Origin: Klebsiella pneumoniae
GTDB taxonomy: Bacteria; Pseudomonadota; Gammaproteobacteria; Pseudomonadales; UBA5518
DNA length: 64,000 bases
Reading direction: 5' to 3'
NCBI GenBank assembly: GCA_945862145.1
Contig: CAMAXE010000001.1
Location: 388,295-452,294, forward strand
Positions 37,525 through 45,977 of this stretch are shown in pieces. Position numbers and translations under genes: made by a program. A model generated the notes under the pieces. It was not told where the DNA came from and made no database searches. It saw only the letters and a list, made by a program, of their open reading frames with translations. Within the stretch, counting starts at the first letter, position 1, and every line of letters begins with the position of its first letter.

Positions 37525-39189
37525 ATGTCTGATGAGAACGCCAGCTGGAAACAGCGCTACGAGTTTGCACTCGAGGCGATAGAGCGCAATGCCAAGGACC
37601 ACCGTGACTTCACGCAGGAACTCGTCCGGGCATTGAACCGACTCTCGCTCGCCGCCGAGGGTCAGGATCCAGAGCTCGACCACGAGCTACGTGACTTGCG
37701 CGCCTTCCTGCGCCTGAAGACCCTCTCGCGCGACGTGCTGGCGAGCAAGCTGGACGTTCTGGAGGAGCAACTGCGCACGGTGGCGCGCCGCGACCACGCT
37801 ATCGACAAGCGGGTCGCGACGGCCATCAATAGCCTGCTCGGCCAGGTGGAAGCAGTCAGACCGGGCCGCGAAACCCTGCGCGCCGCACAACTCCTGCGCC
37901 GCGAGATGCGCACGCTGGATCCCCTCGACGTGCTGGCGCGTGCCGTCGCCCTGCAAGCCGGGATCAAGCCGTCGCGCGAGACCGCTGATGCTGCTCATGC
38001 GCCCGGGTTGCTCGACCGGCTGTTCCGACAACACGCCATCGTGGCCGCGGCCACCCCACCCGCCGCCAACGGCGCAGTGGCACAGAGTGCACTCAGTGAA
38101 GCAGACGAGGCTGCAGCGGATGCGTCCCTTGGTGAGGCCGCCATCACGACCCTGCGCGTTCTGCTCGAGGCGCTTGCTCCACAGAAAAGCAATCCCCGCC
38201 TGCACGCCGCTTATGTGTCTGCCACGGAGCGGATCTCAAGCGAGGTGACGCTGGCGAAAATGGGATCGCTGCTCGACGAGCTCCTGCTGCTCTCGCGGGG
38301 TGCACTCCAGCAGTGTCGGCAGGAGTTTTCGGATTTCCTCGAGCAGCTGAGTTCACGTCTGGTTACGGCGGCTGAGGGCATCGCCGAGGGTGGAGATCTT
38401 GATGCCGAGCGCCGCAGCAACAGCGAAGCGCTGAATGACGCGATGCGCGCCGGGATCGATCACATTCACCGTGAGATATCTGGCTCCCGTGACCTGCAGG
38501 TCTTGAAGCAGGAGGTGAACACCCGGCTCGAGGGCATCGGAGAGGCCTTCCAGTCGTTCCGCCAGCAAGAGGAACGCATCGGCGCCCAGACCGCCAGCGG
38601 GGCGCGGGCACTGGCCGAGCGCGTGATCGAACTGCAGCAGAAAACTCGCTCTGCAGAGCTCGTTATCGAGGAGCAGCGCCGGCTCGCGAACACGGACACT
38701 CTCACCCGGCTTCCCAACCGCGAGGCATGGGCTGTGCGCCTGCAGCAGGAGCACGAGCGCTCCCAGCGTTACCGGCGGCCGCTGGCCATGGCCATTTGCG
38801 ATATTGATCGATTCAAGGACGTCAACGATCGTTTCGGCCATGCCGTTGGTGATGGCGTGCTGCGTGCGGTGAGTGATTGCCTGGCCCATGCGCTGCGCAA
38901 AACGGATTTCGTGGCCCGATTCGGCGGCGAGGAATTCGTATTCCTGCTCCCGGAGACGACCCCCGAGCAGGCTGCGGCAGCACTCGAAAAAGTGCGCATG
39001 GCAATTGCTGCGCTGTCGATGGATATCGGCGCCCGTAAGGGCATCACGGTAACTGCATCCTTTGGCGTCGCCGGATTCACCGAGGAGGATGCACCGGACC
39101 GGGTGTTCAGCCGCGCCGACGCTGCTCTTTACCAGGCAAAAGATGCCGGCCGGGATAAGGTGGTTGTGTACTCCGCAGCGACGCTCTGA
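37525..39189 (+). CDS. diguanylate cyclase (GGEEF) with long N-terminal helical/coiled-coil region
   Basis: 554-aa ORF. The active site GGEEF lies at nt 38923-38937 and the I-site RKTD sits five residues upstream (38896-38907). GGDEF-domain strings DTLTRLPNREAW and DIDRFKDVNDRFGH are present. I see no TM segments in the first about 380 aa. Confidence 0.9.
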   Translation: MSDENASWKQRYEFALEAIERNAKDHRDFTQELVRALNRLSLAAEGQDPELDHELRDLRAFLRLKTLSRDVLASKLDVLEEQLRTVARRDHAIDKRVATAINSLLGQVEAVRPGRETLRAAQLLRREMRTLDPLDVLARAVALQAGIKPSRETADAAHAPGLLDRLFRQHAIVAAATPPAANGAVAQSALSEADEAAADASLGEAAITTLRVLLEALAPQKSNPRLHAAYVSATERISSEVTLAKMGSLLDELLLLSRGALQQCRQEFSDFLEQLSSRLVTAAEGIAEGGDLDAERRSNSEALNDAMRAGIDHIHREISGSRDLQVLKQEVNTRLEGIGEAFQSFRQQEERIGAQTASGARALAERVIELQQKTRSAELVIEEQRRLANTDTLTRLPNREAWAVRLQQEHERSQRYRRPLAMAICDIDRFKDVNDRFGHAVGDGVLRAVSDCLAHALRKTDFVARFGGEEFVFLLPETTPEQAAAALEKVRMAIAALSMDIGARKGITVTASFGVAGFTEEDAPDRVFSRADAALYQAKDAGRDKVVVYSAATL

Positions 39190-39218
39190 CCGGGGGCGAA
39201 CTCATCCTGCACGTCGGG

Positions 39219-40127
39219 ATGCACAAGACCGGCAGTTCGTCGATCCAGAACACGCTCCACGCCACGCGACGGCGCCACAACTGGCGGTACGTGGACCTCG
39301 GCGCGCCAAACGCCAGCGCGGCGATCATTACCGCCTTCAGCGAGACGCCCGAGCGGCAGAACGCTAATCGCAAAGCAGGGCTCACACGCCAGGAACTCGT
39401 GCCTGTTGCGCGCAAGATACGGTACCGACTGGCACGCCTTCTGCAGCAGGCCGGAGCAATACGACACCCGGTGATCCTGTCAAGAGAACACATCCCGCTC
39501 CTCAGGGAGCACGAGCTGGCTGCATTCCTGAGGTTCATCCGCGAGCATCATGGTGGCCCCATTCGCACCGTTTGTTATATCCGTGCACCCCGAGCCTACA
39601 TGGAAAGCGTGTTCCAGCAGCACATACAGGGCGGGCAATCGGGCTTCCGGCTCGAACGGCAGTTTCCGCGCTACCACCAGAGATACTCTCGTCTCGAGCG
39701 CGCACTGCAGGGTGCGCGCGTAGAGTATTGGCCGTTTGAGCCTGCTGCCATGCCGGAAGGGTGCGTGGTGCGCGACTTCTGTCGCCGGCTCAACCTCAGT
39801 ATCGATCCATCCGAGGTCCAGCGCGCAAATGAATCTCTATCCTTGCCTGCAATCAGGCTTCTCTACGCTCACCGTTTGTACAGCCGTGCGACTGACACGG
39901 GGGACGCATCCATCGATTTCACATCACTCCTTGCCGCGGCGCTCGGAGAGCTCTCAGGTCCCCGGCTCAGGCTGCACGAAATTCCACCCGATCCACGCGC
40001 GGTGGCTGCTGCGGTCGAGATATTGCGGCTGAAACTGGCGCGCGAACGGCGCCGTGGCATCAGGCAGATGCTGCTCCGGTTAGTGCGGTGTTTTCCGTGG
40101 ACATCCACCGCCCGGAGGAGCGACTGA
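39219..40127 (+). CDS. sulfotransferase-fold (P-loop-like) hypothetical protein
   Basis: The 302-aa ORF begins at MHKTGSSSIQ, but the same frame is open upstream and encodes ...TGGELILHVG, a typical beta1 strand before the PSB-like loop. IRAPRAYMES resembles the 3'-PB motif. The true start is probably non-canonical (CTG at 39186 overlapping the cyclase TGA). Confidence 0.6.
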   Translation: MHKTGSSSIQNTLHATRRRHNWRYVDLGAPNASAAIITAFSETPERQNANRKAGLTRQELVPVARKIRYRLARLLQQAGAIRHPVILSREHIPLLREHELAAFLRFIREHHGGPIRTVCYIRAPRAYMESVFQQHIQGGQSGFRLERQFPRYHQRYSRLERALQGARVEYWPFEPAAMPEGCVVRDFCRRLNLSIDPSEVQRANESLSLPAIRLLYAHRLYSRATDTGDASIDFTSLLAAALGELSGPRLRLHEIPPDPRAVAAAVEILRLKLARERRRGIRQMLLRLVRCFPWTSTARRSD

Positions 40128-41145
40128 GCACTGTCACCAGCGCCAACACGATGAGCGCAGCGCAACCCTGGTGCATCACTGCCGGCACCAGCGGCACGAC
40201 ATTTACCAGCGTGTAGATGCCCAGCGCGTATTGCGTGAGAACCAGACCAAACAACAGATCGAGACCATGTCGCTGAACACGGTCACGGGCGCTGTTGCGG
40301 TACCGCAGCCATATGGCGCCCACGGCGAACACCAGCAGCGTGCCGAGCAGGCGGTGCATGAACTGCACGGTGGCATGATCCTCCAGCAGATTGAGCCACC
40401 ACGGGTCCATCGCCATCACCGCCTCTGCCACCCAGCGATCCCCCATCCGCGGGAAGGTGTTGTAACCCCACCCCGCGCGCAGGCCCGCAACGAAAGCGCC
40501 ATAGACAATCTGCACCGCTACCAGGGCCGTGAGCAGGCGCAGCAGCGACCGCGGGATACCCGTGCGAGCTGTATCCATGGCGATTGCGTGTGGTCGCAAC
40601 GACAACAGGACCCAACCCAGATACGCAATGATCGTGAGTGCCAGACCCAGGTGCGCGGCGAGCCGGAAGTGACTGACGCGCGGCTCATCGACCAGGCCGC
40701 TCTTCACCATCAGCCAGCCGACAAAGCCCTGCAGCCCGCCGAGCAGAAGCGCTATGCCAAGCCGGAATGCGAGGGGGCGTGCGAAGGTTCCACGCGCAAG
40801 AAACCAGAAAAATGGCAGGGCGAAAGCCATGCCAATGCTGCGTCCGAGTACCCGGTGTACGTACTCCCAGAAGAAAATTCCCTGGAACCCGGCCAGATCC
40901 ATGTCAGGGTGCGTCAGCCGGTACTGCGGATACTGCTTGTAGGCCTCGAAAGCCGCGGTCCAGTCGGCATCCGAAAGCGGCGGAATCACACCCATGATGG
41001 GCTCCCACTCCACCATAGACAGGCCAGAACCTGTCAGGCGGGTAATACCGCCGACCACCACCATGCCAAAGACCATGGCGATGACCACCGCCAGCCAGAG
41101 CCGGACCGCCTTGGCTGAATGCAGGAGTTCAGGGTGTGGTGTCAT
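40060..41145 (-). CDS. ctaA: heme A synthase (COX15/CtaA family)
   Basis: The ATG at 41145 (MTPHPELLHSAKAVRLWLAVVIAMVFGMVVVGGITRLTGSGLSMVEW) matches the COX15 N-terminus. There are 8 TM segments with conserved His residues (EYVHRVLGR, FMHRLLG, VMHQGCA). The longest-ORF extension to 41358 overlaps the upstream gene and is Arg/Pro-rich. Confidence 0.85.
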   Translation of the reverse strand: MTPHPELLHSAKAVRLWLAVVIAMVFGMVVVGGITRLTGSGLSMVEWEPIMGVIPPLSDADWTAAFEAYKQYPQYRLTHPDMDLAGFQGIFFWEYVHRVLGRSIGMAFALPFFWFLARGTFARPLAFRLGIALLLGGLQGFVGWLMVKSGLVDEPRVSHFRLAAHLGLALTIIAYLGWVLLSLRPHAIAMDTARTGIPRSLLRLLTALVAVQIVYGAFVAGLRAGWGYNTFPRMGDRWVAEAVMAMDPWWLNLLEDHATVQFMHRLLGTLLVFAVGAIWLRYRNSARDRVQRHGLDLLFGLVLTQYALGIYTLVNVVPLVPAVMHQGCAALIVLALVTVLSRSSGRWMSTENTALTGAASA

Positions 41146-42244
41146 CGGCCTTGCCCGCCTCGGCTTTCTCTGCCTCCGTGTACTCCTTGAGAGGCTTCGC
41201 CAGTTCACCGTAAATGTAATCGGACACCTTGAAAGCCCACCCCTCGATGCGGGCATTGATGGCGCTGGCCTGCGCTGCAGGAGCCGTCGGTGGCAGTGCT
41301 GCCTGTGCCGCAGCGGCGCTTTCGGCCGCGGCTGTTGGGGCGGCGGAGGCCATGACACGAATCCAGTTGCCGTCGGTCGCTTTCACGGCATCGATATCGA
41401 GCACGAGGCCATCAAAAAAACGGATCCGGTTTCCGGCGAGCGCCGGACCGCTGAATAACCCCGTATCGGCCTTGCGCACATCCTCGGCTTCCGCAGTAAG
41501 CACGGCACGCGCCGCGGCATCGAAAACCGAGTCATAACGTGGTTTTGCTCCCTTTGGCAGGGAGGCAACACTAAGGCTTGGCTGATCCTTGGCCGAGCGC
41601 GCCGCCTCGAAACCGCTCCCGTCCGCAAGGGTTCTGATCACGCGCTCCACACCATCGAACTCGAGATTGAGTATCCGGCGGTCGATCCAGTCAGTGGGTT
41701 CGGCGAAGGCCTGCGGAGAGCGGTCCACAAGCCAGGTCTCGTTACTGTCGGCGAGCCGGAGGTAGCGCCCTCCCCGTCCCTCGGCGGCGTTTCCGATCAG
41801 CACACGCCACGCGGGCGCGTCAGCGTCACGCCAGATCTCTACCAGCACCGCCGTACTGCCTTCCTTGTCCGCATCCCGAAGGCCAAGACGTGCGAAGAAC
41901 TCTGGCTTCGAGGTCTTCTGCTCCACCGCCCGCGCCGCGGCGAGCTCTTTCAGCAGATCGCCGAGCCGCTCCCTGTCGACGCCATAGCCCCCCCGTTCGG
42001 AGACACCCCAGTTCTCGCCTTGCCGGACCAGAGTGGAGACTGACTTCCCCTGGCTGAAGCGGAGTCGCGTGATAGTACCGAGATCAGCCTTGAGGCCCGC
42101 AAGCCACGGCGTGCTCGCGCCGGCTGCGGTCTCTGGCTTGCCTTGCTCGCCGAAGATCACGGCGAGCAGCCCCATCAGGACCACGCCCGCGGCCGCGAGT
42201 ACCAGACGCTGTTGCTGACTCATGATTCGTGTCCCCAGGGTCAC
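41129..42244 (-). CDS. DUF4340-like protein of the GldG/ABC cluster
   Basis: 371-aa ORF with an N-terminal TM anchor (LVLAAAGVVLMGLLAVIF) and a beta-rich periplasmic body. Its position directly after a GldG-like gene matches the common ABC / ABC-2 / GldG / DUF4340 arrangement. Confidence 0.7.
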   Translation of the reverse strand: MTLGTRIMSQQQRLVLAAAGVVLMGLLAVIFGEQGKPETAAGASTPWLAGLKADLGTITRLRFSQGKSVSTLVRQGENWGVSERGGYGVDRERLGDLLKELAAARAVEQKTSKPEFFARLGLRDADKEGSTAVLVEIWRDADAPAWRVLIGNAAEGRGGRYLRLADSNETWLVDRSPQAFAEPTDWIDRRILNLEFDGVERVIRTLADGSGFEAARSAKDQPSLSVASLPKGAKPRYDSVFDAAARAVLTAEAEDVRKADTGLFSGPALAGNRIRFFDGLVLDIDAVKATDGNWIRVMASAAPTAAAESAAAAQAALPPTAPAAQASAINARIEGWAFKVSDYIYGELAKPLKEYTEAEKAEAGKADDTTP

Positions 42245-44109
42245 GCGTGCGTCGCGTCGTGGCGTTGGCGACGCCTCAGCCGCAGGCGATGCACAGCAAA
42301 GAGCGCAAGCGTAAGCAACAGCGGCGCCACCACGATATTCAACAGCTTGAGCAGGCTTCCGAGCTGCTCGATGTCGCCATCCATGCGATGGCGCACATCG
42401 CGCAACTCTTTACGGATGCGCAGTTTCTGGTCCTGGAAGTCCGTAAGTGCGGCCTCCTGCTCCGGTGAGAGCACGAGTTGCTTGGCGTCCTGTTTGCCGG
42501 ACTGCAATTCCTCGAGTCGCTTTTCAGTCTCGTCGAGGCGCTTCTGCAATTCATCAGCACTGCTTTGATAGCGGGCCTCGGCCCCCAGCCGGATCGACTG
42601 GACGCGATCGAAGGGTCGCGAGAAACGCCCGCGCCCACGCACCTGGATCAATGCCGCATTACCGCTCAGGTTCTCGATGGCGTTCTGGAGAAAGGCCGCG
42701 TTGTCGGCCCAGGCCGTGGCAAGACGCTGGCCAAAGAAGTCCTGTACCTGCACCCAGAAGCGGTCGGCCAGCATGTCTGCATCAGCCACGATCACCACGT
42801 TGATGTCCTTGGCCTCGGAGATAAAAGCCGCGCCCTCTTTCTGCGGCCCCTTGAAGGCGGATTTCGCCGGGCCACTGATGCGAGCGGCCAGCGTGTAGCG
42901 CTGCGCACCCGGCGTGAACCCCTGCATCAGGATCGCGGGATCCCGCGCTGTCTGCATGCGCATGCTGTCCATAAGACCCGCCTTGTCCGAGCTCTGGAGC
43001 AGCGGCTCGAAGCGGGTGGTGGCGCCCTTGGCAGGCGCTAGCGCACCGCTGAAACCGAGGTTAAGGCCCTCGAGTCGGGCGGTGATCACGTCGCCGCGGG
43101 CGGCGTTGTCGGGTCCGAGCCCGAGGAAGCCCGGATGTGCCATCGGCGGCGCGTCCGCTGCAAAACTGATCTGCAGCGCCGTGCCCGGATCGGCCACCAA
43201 CTTGTCCATGGCGTAGTCGATACCCCAGGCACTGAACAGCGGACCGAGCGATGAGGCCGTAGCCGAGGGCTCCTGCGGCATCATCGGATTGGGGGCCGTG
43301 CGGGCCGATTCGCAATACGGGTCTACAAACACGAGTGCCTTGCCGCCGTTCAGGACGAACTGGTCGACCGCATACTGCATCGCCGGACTGAGCGCTGCAG
43401 GATGCACCAGCAGGAGCGTGGTGACATCGGCGTCAATGCTATCGGCCTGCGGGCCGATCGTGCGTAGCTCGAAACCTTCGCGCAGCTGGTCGATGACCAT
43501 CCACGCGGGCGTGGGCTGCGATGTCATCATGTCAAAGCCACCGCCGATCTGCAGGCCAGAGACAAGCCCGATAACGGGCTTCTTGCTGGCGGTCAGGGCG
43601 GACACCAGCTTGCTCAACTCGTACTCGAGGAACTCCTCCCGCTCGGGCTGGAAAAACGCGATGGCCTGCTTGTCGCCATAGGCATTCGTGGCGGCGAGCC
43701 CGAGGTACACCGTGTCACCACCGGCATCCAGCGGAACCGCCTGCAACCCGAACTCGGCAGCCTGGTCTTCGGCCTCGGAAAAGGGCTCCGGATCCACCAC
43801 GTGCAGCCTGATGCGACCATCGGCCTCGTGGGCATATTCCTCGAGCAACTCCCGCACACGGCGCGCATAGACACGCAGCGGCGCCGCCTCGCGCGTTGCC
43901 TTGTCGGAGAAGAAGAAATACACATCGATGGGCTCGCCGATACCGGCGATGATCTCGCGGGTGCCTTCAGAGATCGTGTAGAGCCCGCCCTGCGTGAAGT
44001 CGACGCGCAGGCGGCCGAACAGCAGCGTGTTCAGCGCGCTGAATGTCACGAAGCCCAGCACGAGCAGCAGCAGCGCCACCCGGGGATAGATCTTGCGGTT
44101 AGTGTTCAT
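42241..44109 (-). CDS. GldG-family ABC-transport auxiliary protein
   Basis: 622-aa ORF with N- and C-terminal TM anchors. The N-terminal FTQGGLYTISEGTREIIAGIGEPIDVYFFFS is typical of the ABC-type uncharacterised transport system (GldG) family, and a C-terminal coiled-coil is present. Confidence 0.8.
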   Translation of the reverse strand: MNTNRKIYPRVALLLLVLGFVTFSALNTLLFGRLRVDFTQGGLYTISEGTREIIAGIGEPIDVYFFFSDKATREAAPLRVYARRVRELLEEYAHEADGRIRLHVVDPEPFSEAEDQAAEFGLQAVPLDAGGDTVYLGLAATNAYGDKQAIAFFQPEREEFLEYELSKLVSALTASKKPVIGLVSGLQIGGGFDMMTSQPTPAWMVIDQLREGFELRTIGPQADSIDADVTTLLLVHPAALSPAMQYAVDQFVLNGGKALVFVDPYCESARTAPNPMMPQEPSATASSLGPLFSAWGIDYAMDKLVADPGTALQISFAADAPPMAHPGFLGLGPDNAARGDVITARLEGLNLGFSGALAPAKGATTRFEPLLQSSDKAGLMDSMRMQTARDPAILMQGFTPGAQRYTLAARISGPAKSAFKGPQKEGAAFISEAKDINVVIVADADMLADRFWVQVQDFFGQRLATAWADNAAFLQNAIENLSGNAALIQVRGRGRFSRPFDRVQSIRLGAEARYQSSADELQKRLDETEKRLEELQSGKQDAKQLVLSPEQEAALTDFQDQKLRIRKELRDVRHRMDGDIEQLGSLLKLLNIVVAPLLLTLALFAVHRLRLRRRQRHDATHA

Positions 44110-44112
44110 GAT

Positions 44113-44847
44113 TCAGTCCGCCTGCTTTAACTCGATCACCACAGCAGTGGCAGCCAGCCACACCGCGGTGAGCGAGACGAAGAACAGCAGATCACGCAGG
44201 CCGATAACGCCCTTCGAGACCGCGGTGAAGTGCGTAAGGAAACTCATCGACGCGATAGCGTCGATCAGCAACTGCGGCGCCCATCCGCTCAGGGCATCGA
44301 GCACCAGCGGAAAACCGCTCAGGATGAACAGGAAGCACACCACCGCGGTGGTGATGAAGGCGACCACCTGGTTGCGATTGAGCGCCGACATGCAGGAGCC
44401 GATGGCAAGGAAACTTCCTGCCATCAGCCAGCTGCCAAGATAGCTGGCAACGATAACCCCGTTGTCAGGCGCGCCGAGGAAATTCACGGTGATCCACAGC
44501 GGGAAACTGAGCACGAGCGCAAGGCCGGTAAAGAGCCATGCCGCGAGGAACTTGCCGAGTACCGCCTGCATCCGCGTGAGCGGCAGTGTCAGCAGCAGTT
44601 CGATGGTGCCGCTCTTGCGCTCCTCCGACCAGAGCCGCATCGATATCGCGGGAACCAGAAAGAGGTAAAGCCAGGGATGAAAGCTGAAAAACGGCGCGAG
44701 ATCGGCTTGCCCGCGCTCGTAGAACCCGCCGATGTAAAACGTGAAGACGCCGCTCAGCACGAGGAAAATCAGCACGAAAACGTAAGCCAGCGGAGTCGCG
44801 AAATAGGCGGCGAGTTCGCGGCGCGCAATCAGCATGGCCATGTTCAT
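44113..44847 (-). CDS. ABC-2 type transporter permease
   Basis: 244-aa ORF with six hydrophobic segments. The N-terminal IARRELAAYFATPLAYVFVLIFL is typical of ABC-2 permeases. Confidence 0.8.
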   Translation of the reverse strand: MNMAMLIARRELAAYFATPLAYVFVLIFLVLSGVFTFYIGGFYERGQADLAPFFSFHPWLYLFLVPAISMRLWSEERKSGTIELLLTLPLTRMQAVLGKFLAAWLFTGLALVLSFPLWITVNFLGAPDNGVIVASYLGSWLMAGSFLAIGSCMSALNRNQVVAFITTAVVCFLFILSGFPLVLDALSGWAPQLLIDAIASMSFLTHFTAVSKGVIGLRDLLFFVSLTAVWLAATAVVIELKQAD

Positions 44848-45773
44848 CAGGCAGCCTCCCTCGTGATGCTGCGGAAGACCTCATCGAGTCGGCCGCGTTC
44901 GACGTGGAGTTCATCGGCCACCCAGCCGTTGTCGTGCACCAGGCGCGCGACCGCGGCAAGCGGACTGGCCTCCGGCTGCGGCAGTATCAGCAGCCTGCGC
45001 CCGGCGTCATCTGCACGCACTTCGCGCACACCCTCCACCGCACGCAACGCGACCACCGCTCCCGGATAGGCCTGCGCAAGATGCAGGTGTATCGCCCGGT
45101 GAGTAGGCGAGCGCGCCTCGAGTTCCCCCGGCGTGCCATCGGCAACGAGACTGCCGCCGGCGATGATGATGGCGCGGTTACAGACTGCGTGAACTTCTTC
45201 GAGGATATGCGTGGAGATGACCACGATCTTGTCTGCGGAAAGCCCGCGGATCAGTTCGCGCACCTGGTGTTTCTGGTTGGGATCGAGGCCGTCGGTGGGC
45301 TCGTCGAGAATGAGGACCTGCGGGTCGTGCACTATGGCCTGCGCCAGACCCACGCGCCGCTTGAAGCCCTTGGAGAGCGTCTCGATGCGCTGTTCAAGGA
45401 CCCCACCAAGGTCCATGCGCGAGGCAACCGACCGGACACGCTCCTCGAGTTGGCCGCCGCTGAAACCGCGCACCTGCCCGATGAAGCGCAGGAACTCGAT
45501 AACGCGCATGTCCTCGTAACACGGCGCGCCCTCCGGCAGATACCCGATCAGCGCGCGCGCCTCGAGGGTCTGCTGCTGCACATCATGGCCGAAGATCCGC
45601 ACCTCACCCTCGCTGGGCGCGATGAACCCGGCGATCATTTTCATGGTGGTGGACTTTCCGGCACCGTTTGGCCCGAGAAAGCCGAGCACCTCGCCCGGCC
45701 GGACCGTGAAACTGAGGTCGTCGACAGCGCGCAGGGTGCCGAAACGTCGACCAAGGTGGCTCACTTCTATCAT
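44847..45773 (-). CDS. ABC transporter ATP-binding protein
   Basis: The ATG at 45773 gives MIEVSHLGRRFG. Walker A GPNGAGKST, signature LSKGFKRRVGLA and Walker B LILDEPTDGLD are present. Confidence 0.9.
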   Translation of the reverse strand: MIEVSHLGRRFGTLRAVDDLSFTVRPGEVLGFLGPNGAGKSTTMKMIAGFIAPSEGEVRIFGHDVQQQTLEARALIGYLPEGAPCYEDMRVIEFLRFIGQVRGFSGGQLEERVRSVASRMDLGGVLEQRIETLSKGFKRRVGLAQAIVHDPQVLILDEPTDGLDPNQKHQVRELIRGLSADKIVVISTHILEEVHAVCNRAIIIAGGSLVADGTPGELEARSPTHRAIHLHLAQAYPGAVVALRAVEGVREVRADDAGRRLLILPQPEASPLAAVARLVHDNGWVADELHVERGRLDEVFRSITREAA

Positions 45774-45977
45774 GCGTACTCCGTGCAAGAGACAACGCGA
45801 ACCGGGGAACGACTATAGCCACGCTTCCGAAGCGCGGCAACGGGCGGAAGCAGGGACCCTTGCGCGCTGAATCCCTAGCGTGGATATCGACATTGAACCC
45901 TGCGTGATGCAATGTCGATCGCCGCCGTGCAGACGTCGCGCAACGGGCCTGTGACAGGCAAGGGAGGAGGAAGTTTC

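Noticed and set aside
41146-41358. These are N-terminal extensions of longest ORFs: ctaA to 41358, fghA to 61636, adhC to 62541, the ALDH gene from 50069 and lapG to 34374.
   Set aside because: The extensions overlap the neighbouring gene or are Arg/Pro-rich. Internal starts give canonical family N-termini, signal peptides and/or RBS-like sequences.
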